From assembly GCA_040768135.1 (NCBI GenBank), contig JAXGNF010000002.1:18435-82434 (forward strand): a stretch of DNA of 64,000 nucleotides, read 5' to 3'. The notes under the pieces are model-generated. The model saw only the letters and a program-made list of their open reading frames with translations. It was not told the origin of the DNA and did not search any database. The position numbers and the translations under genes were made by a program. Source of the DNA: Thermoleophilia bacterium. GTDB lineage: Bacteria > Actinomycetota > Thermoleophilia > RBG-16-64-13. Below, in pieces: positions 31,353-40,076 of the stretch. How positions within the stretch are numbered: the stretch's first letter is position 1; every line of letters begins with the position of its first letter.

Positions 31353-31952
31353 TCAAGAGTCTTTGGTTCCAAGCACCTTGCCTACGGAAAAAGCGGAGCC
31401 TAGTCTCTCTCCCAGTGCGTAGTAGGCATTGTTTCCCGGAGCCCAACTGAAAGGACGAACCAACTCCGCCGAGAGCCTGCCGTCCGCATCAAGGCATGTC
31501 TCTTCGGCCTTCACGTCAACGATCTCTCCCGCGAACAGCGTATGAAGTCCCAGTTCGTGCACGTGCACGACGTTGCACTCAAGAACCAGGGGGAACTCAG
31601 CGACGTAGGGCGCATCCACCAGATCGGAGCGCACCGGCGTGAGACCGGCGGCCACGAACTTATCTACATCCCGACCGGAGGCAAGGCCAAAATAGTCGGC
31701 CGCTACCACGTGCGCCTCCGATGGGATGCTGACTGTGAAGGCTTGTCGTTCAACCAGGTTGCCATATGTATAGGTGGCTTTGCGTACCGATATGGCGACG
31801 CACGGTGGTTTTGAGCAGCAGATACCTCCCCAAGCCACTGCCATGGCGTTGGGCCTGCCGTGGGCGTCATAAGTGCCGACGATGAACACCGGGGTGGGAT
31901 AAGCAAGGGTTTTGGCACCCAGCGAAGTTTTCATGGGGAGATCTCCTACCAC
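31353..31952 (-). CDS. Flavin reductase family protein (FMN-binding split barrel)
   Basis: 199 aa; flavin-reductase-like domain signature around YPTPVFIVGTYDAHGRPNAMAVAWGG. Confidence 0.8.
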   Translation of the reverse strand: MVGDLPMKTSLGAKTLAYPTPVFIVGTYDAHGRPNAMAVAWGGICCSKPPCVAISVRKATYTYGNLVERQAFTVSIPSEAHVVAADYFGLASGRDVDKFVAAGLTPVRSDLVDAPYVAEFPLVLECNVVHVHELGLHTLFAGEIVDVKAEETCLDADGRLSAELVRPFSWAPGNNAYYALGERLGSAFSVGKVLGTKDS

Positions 31953-32455
31953 TTGTCGAGGTGGACCCGGGCCGGATCGAAACGGTCGACCACCCCGGGG
32001 GTCTCGGCCGGGTGGCCGATCGCGATTATTGCGAAGGGGATGATATGCTCAGGGGGCTCGAAAAGGGCGCGCACCCATGCGACCCGTTCGTCTCGAGGGT
32101 AGATGCCGACCCAGACCGCACCAAGGCCGAGCGCGTGGGACGCAAGGAGCAGGTTCTGGGTGGCGGCGGCGCAGTCCACTACCCAGAAGCCTGGGCTCTC
32201 TTCATTCTCAAGATCCCCACAGACTACGACCGCTACCTGTGCGTGACGGACCATCTTGGCGTACGGGGATACCTCGGCCATCTTTTCCAGCAGCGACCGT
32301 TCGCGGACGACGATGAACTGCCAGGGTTGCTGGTTACGGGCCGACGGAGCAGCCATGGCCGCTCTCAGAAGTTGGGTCATCGAATCATCCGAGACCGGCC
32401 GGTCTGTATACCTGCGTACACTACGGCGTGTCAGGATCGCGTCTATGGCTTCCAT
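31946..32455 (-). CDS. Nitroreductase family protein
   Basis: 169 aa; ILTRRSVRRY and PSARNQQPWQF are typical of the nitroreductase fold. Confidence 0.85.
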   Translation of the reverse strand: MEAIDAILTRRSVRRYTDRPVSDDSMTQLLRAAMAAPSARNQQPWQFIVVRERSLLEKMAEVSPYAKMVRHAQVAVVVCGDLENEESPGFWVVDCAAATQNLLLASHALGLGAVWVGIYPRDERVAWVRALFEPPEHIIPFAIIAIGHPAETPGVVDRFDPARVHLDKW

Positions 32456-32536
32456 ATACCCTCCGGAAGGTCATGCAACAGATCACCGCCGAGTTGTGCT
32501 ATCGGCGGGCGTCGGCCTGCGGCCGGATGCCGGCGC

Positions 32537-33070
32537 CTAGGATACCAGGCCCGCAAGTGCCTCTTGGTAGACGGCCAACGCCCCATCGTCGTGCAACACG
32601 AACCGTACGGTCCGCACATACTCCAGCGTGGAGGCGATCTCCACGACCGCGCCGATAGCCACTGGGGCGGCCTCTGCCAAGGGATACCCAAAAATACCCG
32701 TGGAGATCGCCGGAAAGGCGACCGACTCCAATCGGTGCTCGTCCGCAAGGCGCAGGGCGTTGCGGTAGCAATCGGCCAATAGAAGCGCCGACGGTTCATC
32801 CACCCCATATACCGGTCCGAGACAGTGGATGACGAAAGGGTTGGGTAGGCCGTAGCCGCCGGTGATGACTGCTTGGCCGGGCTCGATAGGAGCGAGCGGC
32901 CGGCACTCCTCAGCCAACCCCGGGCCGGCCGCTCTATGGATGGCGCCGGCCACTCCCCCTCCGGGCAGCAGTTGTGCGTTGGCTGCGTTCACGACCGCAT
33001 CAAAACCGTCTTGGGCGGTGATGTCCCCTTTGACGCACTCGATCATGAGCGTGCCGACCGTCCGCTGCAT
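32537..33070 (-). CDS. Macro-domain protein (O-acetyl-ADP-ribose deacetylase-like, YmdB type)
   Basis: GDITAQ..DAVVNAAN and a GGGVAGAIHRAAG motif. Confidence 0.85.
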   Translation of the reverse strand: MQRTVGTLMIECVKGDITAQDGFDAVVNAANAQLLPGGGVAGAIHRAAGPGLAEECRPLAPIEPGQAVITGGYGLPNPFVIHCLGPVYGVDEPSALLLADCYRNALRLADEHRLESVAFPAISTGIFGYPLAEAAPVAIGAVVEIASTLEYVRTVRFVLHDDGALAVYQEALAGLVS

Positions 33071-33140
33071 GACGCATCCTCCTATCCTGCAGACGCCGCT
33101 TCCTCGTGCCGCTGCAGAATGGCTCCTTGTCTGTACTGGA

Positions 33141-34526
33141 TCAGGCCAGCACTTCTTTCACCATGTCTTCGAAAGCGCCCACATACCGGTCGATATCTTC
33201 GTCGGTGTGCTGGACGGACAGGGTCCACTCTTCTTCCCGCCCCGGGGCGATGATCACGCCCCGATTGAAGTTGTAGAGCCAAGCCAGGTGACAGAGTTCG
33301 ACGTCCTGGTATTTGATGAACGATTCATAATCGGTGATCTTGCCGGTGGCGAAGTTGAAGCACCCTTTGGACGAGATGCCTACCGTGTAGCCTGGGAAAC
33401 CGTATTTATCGGCGATGCCATCCATCTCGGAGATAAGACGGTCGTTCAAGTAGTTCAGGTGCATGTAGGCATCGGGGGTCATCACCTCTTCGAGGCTCGC
33501 ACGAGCGGCGGCCATGGAGAGCGGGTTGCCGTTGTAGGTGCCGACCTGGAAGACGGTACCGTTTTTGACAACCTCCATGACCTCCTCAGTCGCTCCTATG
33601 GCGCCAGAGGGCAGCCCTGCCCCCAACGCTTTCGCCAGAGTCACCATGTCGGGGACGACGCCGAACCGCTCGACGGCCCCTCCGGCCGCGGTGCATATAC
33701 CGGTCTTGACCTCGTCAAAGATGAGGACGATGCCGTATTTGCGGGTGATCTCTCGAACCGCTTCCAGATATCCGGGCTCAGGCAGGACCACGCCTAGGTT
33801 CATCATGGCCGCCTCCATGATGACGCAGGCCGGCTTATGTCCCTCGTCAATCAGGCGCTCGATGCGGGCCTCCATCATGGGAGCATCGTTGAAGGGCACA
33901 GCCACCGTCATATCGATCGATGACTGAGGTATGCCGGCCCCGTAGGAGATCGACTTGTAATTGTCGCGGGGGCCCACCTCGCCAAAATCCTTGACACCGA
34001 GACTCACCATCACGTAGTCGTGATGGCCGTGATAAGAACCAAAGATCTTGACCACATAGTCCCGGCCCGTGTACGCGCGAGCGATGCGGATGGCATCCAT
34101 GGTGGCCTCAGACCCCGAGTTCACGAAGCGCCACTTGGGCAGGCGGAAGTTCTCGGCTAGGTGCTCGGCCACGATGAACGAATCCTCGGTGGGGAGCGAG
34201 AACTGCGTGCCGAGCTCGCTTCGTTTCTTGATGGTATTGACGATGGCCGGATGGGCGTGCCCCTGCACCATGCAGCCGAACCCGTTGTGGAAGTCACTGA
34301 TCTCGCGGCCGTCGACCGAGTAGATCTTCGAGCCCTTACCGTGGGTGAAGTAGATGGGATAGGGATCACGCACCTGATAGGTGGACGAAACTCCGTTAAC
34401 GAGCGACTTCGAGGCCCGTTTGAACATCTCGTACGACTTAGGTGTTTCGTTCTGCAGACGCTTCTCCTCGCGTTCCGTCAACTCAGCCACCCGTTTGCCG
34501 TCTATGCCTGCAGGTTTCAAGGCCAC
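33141..34526 (-). CDS. Class III (GSA-aminomutase-like) PLP aminotransferase; GTG start
   Basis: 461 aa with the NSGSEA and HGHHDYV regions typical of class III aminotransferases. Confidence 0.8.
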   Translation of the reverse strand: MALKPAGIDGKRVAELTEREEKRLQNETPKSYEMFKRASKSLVNGVSSTYQVRDPYPIYFTHGKGSKIYSVDGREISDFHNGFGCMVQGHAHPAIVNTIKKRSELGTQFSLPTEDSFIVAEHLAENFRLPKWRFVNSGSEATMDAIRIARAYTGRDYVVKIFGSYHGHHDYVMVSLGVKDFGEVGPRDNYKSISYGAGIPQSSIDMTVAVPFNDAPMMEARIERLIDEGHKPACVIMEAAMMNLGVVLPEPGYLEAVREITRKYGIVLIFDEVKTGICTAAGGAVERFGVVPDMVTLAKALGAGLPSGAIGATEEVMEVVKNGTVFQVGTYNGNPLSMAAARASLEEVMTPDAYMHLNYLNDRLISEMDGIADKYGFPGYTVGISSKGCFNFATGKITDYESFIKYQDVELCHLAWLYNFNRGVIIAPGREEEWTLSVQHTDEDIDRYVGAFEDMVKEVLA

Positions 34527-34925
34527 TCCTCTCCGCTCCCCGGGATCGTGTCAACTACCTCGGGTGCACCGTGTGTCACTTATCCCGCACGAATAGTGGT
34601 CGAATATTGCGTGCGTCCTTACCACACCGCTGATCATACCCAGCAAGCAGCCGGAATGCATATTCCCACCCATCACGGCCCAAAGATCCGCTCGACCGCA
34701 TCCGCCACCGCCCGCCGAACCTCAGCATCAGTCAATTCCATGCCCCACACCTGCCATTCACCCGCGGAGCCGTCTCGCTTGAGACGCACCAAGGCCGGTT
34801 CCTTCCAGCGCGGCACCCTGCGGAGAGAGCCTTCCTGCTATCCCCCGACCGCCTATTCCGGCGAGCTGAACGGAGATCGATGCGTCCGAAAGAGCACTCT
34901 CTCGCGCACTCAAGACCGGAGCACC

Positions 34926-36137
34926 TCAGACGGGCATCTCCTTGAAACCGAATGGAAAATCGTATGCGGGCATCAAAGCCACGAAGGGGTCGGGGTCAAA
35001 GGCCTCGGGGCCAAGGACTCCTACACCCTGCCAGGTACCCGTGTCGAGCAGCTCCCAGGCGATCACCGGGTTGACGGCTGTCTGCCACACCACGGCTTGC
35101 ACTCCGTACTTCTTCATACAGGTCTCGTTATCGGCCACTTGGTATAGGTAGACTTGGCGGGGTTTGCCGTCCTTCGTACCGATGACCCACGTACCGGCGC
35201 AGGTCTTGCCAAACATCTGGTCGCCGAGGTGGGCCGGGTCGGGGAGACACGCGGCAACCACATCCCGAGGGGCCACCTGTACCCCCTTGACATCGATGGG
35301 GAAGCGGTTGTCCAGGCCTAGCATCTTGATGGTCTTAAGGACGTTGATGAACTCCTCGCCCAAGCCGTATTTGAAGGTCACCCGCTTACACTTGACCCAG
35401 CGTGGCACCAGGAGGACTTCCTCGTGTTCCACGTTCACACACTCCACCGGTCCGATACCCTCGGGGAACTCGAACACCTCCGGCTCAGAAAAGGGCGGGG
35501 TGGTCCGCCAACCGGTGCTCTCTTCCCAGATCACCGGGGGATTCAGGCACTCTTCGATGGTGGTCCAGATGGAGAAATTGGGAGCGAACTCATATCCTCG
35601 CACCTCGAGGTTGGCTCCGTCGCGGACATTGATCTCGTCGATCTCATCAAAAAGGTTCTTCTCGGCGTACTTGGCAAATACGTCGGCCATGCCCGGCTCC
35701 ACGCCCATACCCACGAAGGCCAGCCGGCCCTTCTTTTCCCAGGCCTCCGCCCGCTCGAATTGGTAGTCGCCCAGTTTGACTCCACAGATGTTATACGGGT
35801 CGGTGGCGTGCGGAGTGGACAGGGTCATGGCCATGTCCATGTAGTCGCACCCCACCTCGTAGGCCGCGTCGAAGACGGCTTCATTGAAGACCGGATCGAC
35901 CGCATTGTGAATCAGATCCACCTCATGCGTGCGGGCCAGGCTCGCGATCATCTCCTTATCACCCGCGTCGATGAACTCAACAGGCATGTGCGCAGGAGAC
36001 CCCACCTTGCTCCATACCTCCTGGGCCCTGTCGACGTTGTAGTCGGCCAGGACCAGTCTCTCCACCCACGGCTTGTCTTTGGCTATGACGGCGATAGCCT
36101 CGCCCACTCCGCCCACACCGACCAATAAGACTCTCAT
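34926..36137 (-). CDS. Saccharopine dehydrogenase family oxidoreductase (NAD(P)-binding N-domain plus a C-terminal domain)
   Basis: 403 aa; N-terminal VLLVGVGGVGEAIA Rossmann motif with a saccharopine-DH-like fold. Confidence 0.8.
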   Translation of the reverse strand: MRVLLVGVGGVGEAIAVIAKDKPWVERLVLADYNVDRAQEVWSKVGSPAHMPVEFIDAGDKEMIASLARTHEVDLIHNAVDPVFNEAVFDAAYEVGCDYMDMAMTLSTPHATDPYNICGVKLGDYQFERAEAWEKKGRLAFVGMGVEPGMADVFAKYAEKNLFDEIDEINVRDGANLEVRGYEFAPNFSIWTTIEECLNPPVIWEESTGWRTTPPFSEPEVFEFPEGIGPVECVNVEHEEVLLVPRWVKCKRVTFKYGLGEEFINVLKTIKMLGLDNRFPIDVKGVQVAPRDVVAACLPDPAHLGDQMFGKTCAGTWVIGTKDGKPRQVYLYQVADNETCMKKYGVQAVVWQTAVNPVIAWELLDTGTWQGVGVLGPEAFDPDPFVALMPAYDFPFGFKEMPV

Positions 36138-36217
36138 CTCTACCTCCGTGGAATCGTATGTCGTCTCTTCAGCGGGGCTCGGACCCGCCGCTCATGAAGT
36201 CGTGACGGGCCGCCGAG

Positions 36218-36253
36218 GGGCTGAGCCAACGCCCGGCGGGGCGCCGGCTCAGC
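36218..36253 (-). terminator. GC-rich hairpin (GGCTGAGCC...GGCTCAGCC) downstream of the small ORF; candidate terminator
   Basis: 9-bp outer stem with an inner stem; seen directly. Confidence 0.3.
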
Positions 36254-36294
36254 CTTCCCTGGGCCCACGTACAGCACACCAGGTCGGGAGATCG

Positions 36295-36447
36295 TTATTT
36301 GGACCCTTTGGCCTCCTCGCGTGCCCGCGCGGCGGCGGAGAACTCACGGAATTTCTTGCTGGCCGCCCTCCAGTACCAGTAGATGAGACAAAGCGGCCCC
36401 ACGACGGCGATCCCCCCGAAGAAGTAGCAGAGCACTCCCCAGACCAT
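36295..36447 (-). CDS. Small membrane protein, 50 aa (MVWGVLCYFFGGIAVVGPLCLIYWYWRAASKKFREFSAAARAREEAKGSK). Its ATG overlaps the TAA stop of the upstream symporter (TAATG).
   Basis: One hydrophobic helix plus a basic tail; GC3-rich codons; absent from the track because it is under 60 aa. Confidence 0.4.
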   Translation of the reverse strand: MVWGVLCYFFGGIAVVGPLCLIYWYWRAASKKFREFSAAARAREEAKGSK

Positions 36448-37973
36448 TACTTGCTCACCTCCTGCGCGGCAGCGTCGGCCGTCGTCTTCTTACCGAGGAA
36501 GTTGGCAACGATATAGACAACCAACACAATGGGGACGATGATCAAAATACCGTACTCCTGCCAGAGCTGGGTATCACCCCACGTGATGATCTGTGTGCCA
36601 ATGTCCTCGTTGGCCTCGCCGACCGTGACTGAGAGAACGTACCAGACCACTGAAAGCACCAGGCCGACCACCGTGGCCAAGGTGCCGGCGATCTTCTTGG
36701 GCGGCTTGCGGGAGAACGTACCGAAGTAGACGGGGATCAGGCAGGTGCAGATGATGATGGTGGCCTGAAACACCCAGACACTCATGATCTTCTCGAAGAC
36801 GAAGGCCAAGCCGCAGGAGAGAACGGCGGAGATGATGATGCCGTACCTCGTCCACCACGTCTTCTGACTGTCACTCGGGTCTTGCTTTCTGAAAGCCTTC
36901 TGCAGATCGTAGCCCACGACTCCGCCCGACACGAGGAAATAAGCAGAAGAGGTGGACATGGCCGCCGCCATGGCACCCACGAACGCCAAGCCCATAAGAC
37001 CTGTCGGCAGATACTCACCCAGCACGGCGAACAGAGCTTCGTTCGGTGCCACCTCAGGGATGATCGCCAACCCGACGGCAGCAGCTCCGATTATCCCGAG
37101 GAAGGTGCAGGCCCAGTCGAACGACAGCCACATGGGAACCCCGGCGGCGAACGCCTTCTTGATCTCTTTGGGACCGGAGGATGCGAAGATCCTCTGGAAG
37201 AAAGCGGGCTCGGCCAGGACCGCGAGTGCAGTGAGTGAGTACGAGATAAGCGTCCAAGCGGTCAGATACCCGGCTCCCGGACTGAAGTAGTAGCCGACAT
37301 CCTCCTGCTCCATGAAATTGCGCAGCCCCTCAATCACGCCGTCGTATCCGCCGATGCCGTGCCAGGCCAGTATCATTCCTATGCCCACCGCGATCATCAT
37401 GATCACGAACTGGACGAAGTCGGTCATAATCACGGCCCACAGCCCACCGGTCCAGGTGTATATCAGCACCACCGCCGCCCCGATGAGCACTCCGACCCAG
37501 AAAGGCCACCCCGTCACCAGGTGGACCATGAAGCCAATGCCCATCATCTCCATGGTGTTGGTAGAGTAGATGAACGTGGCAAGCGAGGAGGCCACCCCGG
37601 CCGTCTTGCCGTACTTCTCGAACGAGATGTCCTGCATCGTCGTGCCTTCAGGCCACTTGTCTTTGAACTTCGGCGAGATGACGGCCATGACGATGTAAAG
37701 CAATGTGTACGGCAGCGAGTAGGCGAAGAAAGCCGAGATCCCTTCGAAATAGCCTACTTCTGAGGTGCCGAACAGTGTGTCAAGACCGTAGAAAGTCGAC
37801 ACCAACGTGCCGACCAGAAGAGGCGCCGGGACGTTACGCCCCGCCATAAAATAGTCGTCGAACCCCCCTTTTCTCCTGGTGAAATAGAAGCCCAGCCACA
37901 GCATCCCCGCGATGTACAAGACGACGATAGTCCAGTCGACCCAGTGCAATGGAACAATGATGTCCGTTTCCAT
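36447..37973 (-). CDS. Sodium:solute symporter family transporter
   Basis: 508 aa with about 13 TM segments and SSF-like loops. Confidence 0.85.
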   Translation of the reverse strand: METDIIVPLHWVDWTIVVLYIAGMLWLGFYFTRRKGGFDDYFMAGRNVPAPLLVGTLVSTFYGLDTLFGTSEVGYFEGISAFFAYSLPYTLLYIVMAVISPKFKDKWPEGTTMQDISFEKYGKTAGVASSLATFIYSTNTMEMMGIGFMVHLVTGWPFWVGVLIGAAVVLIYTWTGGLWAVIMTDFVQFVIMMIAVGIGMILAWHGIGGYDGVIEGLRNFMEQEDVGYYFSPGAGYLTAWTLISYSLTALAVLAEPAFFQRIFASSGPKEIKKAFAAGVPMWLSFDWACTFLGIIGAAAVGLAIIPEVAPNEALFAVLGEYLPTGLMGLAFVGAMAAAMSTSSAYFLVSGGVVGYDLQKAFRKQDPSDSQKTWWTRYGIIISAVLSCGLAFVFEKIMSVWVFQATIIICTCLIPVYFGTFSRKPPKKIAGTLATVVGLVLSVVWYVLSVTVGEANEDIGTQIITWGDTQLWQEYGILIIVPIVLVVYIVANFLGKKTTADAAAQEVSK

Positions 37974-38200
37974 CCGCTACCCCCCTTCTCGCCTATTGCA
38001 CTGCACCTGCAGTTCTCGTATCCTGTCGCCTTAGGCCCACACTTCCCCGCGGATGGGCCCTCCATCGCCGTGGTTGTGACATCCACCGGCTTGTTGGCGA
38101 AGGACAACAAACGAGACCGGCTAACGTCTATGCAAAAAAGTCTCACATATACACCCTCAAACGCAAGCAAAAACGTGTTTCTCTCCAACCTAAATAGATA

Positions 38201-39787
38201 ATGGATCCCGAGACGTCTTCACCACAGAGGCCCCCTGCGGACCGACATCCCCGATCGGAACGCGGCACCCGACGCTCGTCTGCGAGACGACGATGGCTCA
38301 TAGCGCCGAGCCTGCTAACGGTTTTGGCCGTCGGTGCTGCGGTTTTTGGCGTCTACTGGGCGACTGGGTGCGGGCATGGCGCTAACACCGCGGTCGAGCC
38401 TTTGACTACCACCTCCGTCACTAGCGGACAGGCTTCCCATGGGACCGAGACCGCTCCCTCCTTACGGCCGGCCGACGTTTCCTTCACCGGCGCTTCGAAC
38501 CCGGACCCGAGTATCGACACCACGACCACGGTGGTAGAGACGACCAGCACCATCTTGGCCAACCTCCCGGCTCAGGACCTCAAAATCACCGCCAACCCAG
38601 AATTCGTGAAACTCGCCATCACCCTCCAGGACGGATCGGTGATCACCGGCAAGACACCTTTTGCGCAGAAGGTACCCGGAGGGCGGATCCACATCGACTT
38701 CAGCAAAGGGGGCTACAACAATACCGCCCGCGACCTCATTCTCGACCGCGACACCGCCCTCAAGATCTGGCTCGATCCCGAGAAGCAGTTGTTCCAGAGC
38801 CTGATACGGTTCAAATGTGGCCCGAATCCCAAGCAGGTAGCCTTCACTCCGGATGGGGAGGAACTCTGGGTGTCCCTCCTGGGGGGCTACGGACTCGAGA
38901 TCTACGAGCCTACCACCGGTGAGAAACTCGGCGGAGTCAAATTGGGGGAACACGGAGCCGTCGAGGTCATCTTCAGCCGCGACGGCCGGACCGTCTATGC
39001 CAGCCAGATGGAGACCGCGTCTGTCTACGAGATCGACCGGCGATCCCGGACGGTGACGCGCCGTTTCAATACCGGAGGTTGTTGGACCAAAGTGCTCCTG
39101 CTCTCCCCTGACGAAAAGATTCTTTGGGCGTCCAACTGGGTTAGCAACGACGTCTCTGAGATCGATCTTGTGACCGGGAAGTTGCTGCGCCGGATACCCA
39201 CGGTGGTGACTCCCCGAGGCCTCTATGCCACCCCTGACGGCAATTACTTGTTTGTAGCCGGTTTCGAAAACGGTGATATACAGAAGATCGACCTGGCTTC
39301 GGGTAAGGGCACCATACTTTTCAAGACGGGCGGCGCCATGCGTCACATGGTGGGCGACGACAAAGCGGGCCGCTTATACGTGGACGATCTGTCTACCGCA
39401 GAGGTCTTCGTCGTCGACCTGGCTTCGGATAAGGTGGTCAAACTAACCGACACCGACCACCGGCCCAATACCATGGACCTGAGTCCAGACGGCCGGGTAC
39501 TCTACGTGTCGAACCGGGGCAAGGACAACCCCAAGACTTACTACATCCCAGGACCGGAATGGGGCACCATCCTGGCTATCGACACAGCCACCGGCGCCAT
39601 TCTCGACGCTATCGTAGGTGGCAATCAGTGTACAGGGCTGGATGTGTCGCCGGACGGGAAGCTGCTCGTCTTCTCAGATTTTCTTGACAACAAGATCCGC
39701 GTCTATACGATTCCCGACTACGAGACGCTTGCCGGCGGCGGCGGAGGCCGGGCCGAAGAACGCTTCAGGGACATAATCAAGGACTGA
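38201..39787 (+). CDS. Membrane-anchored YVTN-family beta-propeller repeat protein
   Basis: Arg-rich cytoplasmic N-terminus, one TM, a Ser/Thr-rich linker, then repeated LYV(S/A)N..(G/D).V..ID motifs. Confidence 0.75.
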   Translation: MDPETSSPQRPPADRHPRSERGTRRSSARRRWLIAPSLLTVLAVGAAVFGVYWATGCGHGANTAVEPLTTTSVTSGQASHGTETAPSLRPADVSFTGASNPDPSIDTTTTVVETTSTILANLPAQDLKITANPEFVKLAITLQDGSVITGKTPFAQKVPGGRIHIDFSKGGYNNTARDLILDRDTALKIWLDPEKQLFQSLIRFKCGPNPKQVAFTPDGEELWVSLLGGYGLEIYEPTTGEKLGGVKLGEHGAVEVIFSRDGRTVYASQMETASVYEIDRRSRTVTRRFNTGGCWTKVLLLSPDEKILWASNWVSNDVSEIDLVTGKLLRRIPTVVTPRGLYATPDGNYLFVAGFENGDIQKIDLASGKGTILFKTGGAMRHMVGDDKAGRLYVDDLSTAEVFVVDLASDKVVKLTDTDHRPNTMDLSPDGRVLYVSNRGKDNPKTYYIPGPEWGTILAIDTATGAILDAIVGGNQCTGLDVSPDGKLLVFSDFLDNKIRVYTIPDYETLAGGGGGRAEERFRDIIKD

Positions 39788-39789
39788 TC

Positions 39790-39892
39790 CGCAGGGGTCC
39801 GACCGCGAGGACACGCCCACAGGGGCCCAACTACTTGAGCAAACCCGCAGGGACCAAGGCGCAGGGGCCAAGTCGCGGGGACCAAGCCGGGG
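39790..39892. repeat. Cluster of four or five degenerate CAGGGG-N-CCAAG-like motifs in the convergent intergenic region
   Basis: Seen directly at 39790-39810, 39817-39833, 39846-39861 and 39861-39892. Confidence 0.3.
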
Positions 39893-40076
39893 AGAATGAT
39901 CTCTAAGCACCTAGCCGCGGAAACCGACGACCGGCCTGAGTCACGAGCCACGGAAATCCCCCAAGAGTCGGTCTCCGGACACGCGGAGGCCCAAAGGCTG
40001 AGAGACTACACGTCACACCTACCGCTGTGGACGAGATGTATCCCGATCCCCCGTCGGATTCGCTCAGCCTCCGGGA

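Noticed and set aside
34527-34925. Possible riboswitch in the 400-nt leader of the class III aminotransferase
   Set aside because: I looked for glycine, lysine, SAM and other common aptamer cores and found none. Only a generic long-range complementary pair (GCGAGAGAG / CUCUCUCCGC) was seen, which is insufficient to call a riboswitch.
37974-38200. Inverted repeat TTGTTG-N8-CAACAA in the divergent SSS/YVTN promoter region
   Set aside because: Short 6-bp arms in an AT-richer region; likely to occur by chance, so not listed as a feature.
38462-39346. 294-aa minus-strand ORF inside the YVTN propeller gene
   Set aside because: The opposite-strand frame of a strongly supported gene; Gly/Arg/Val-rich with no motifs.
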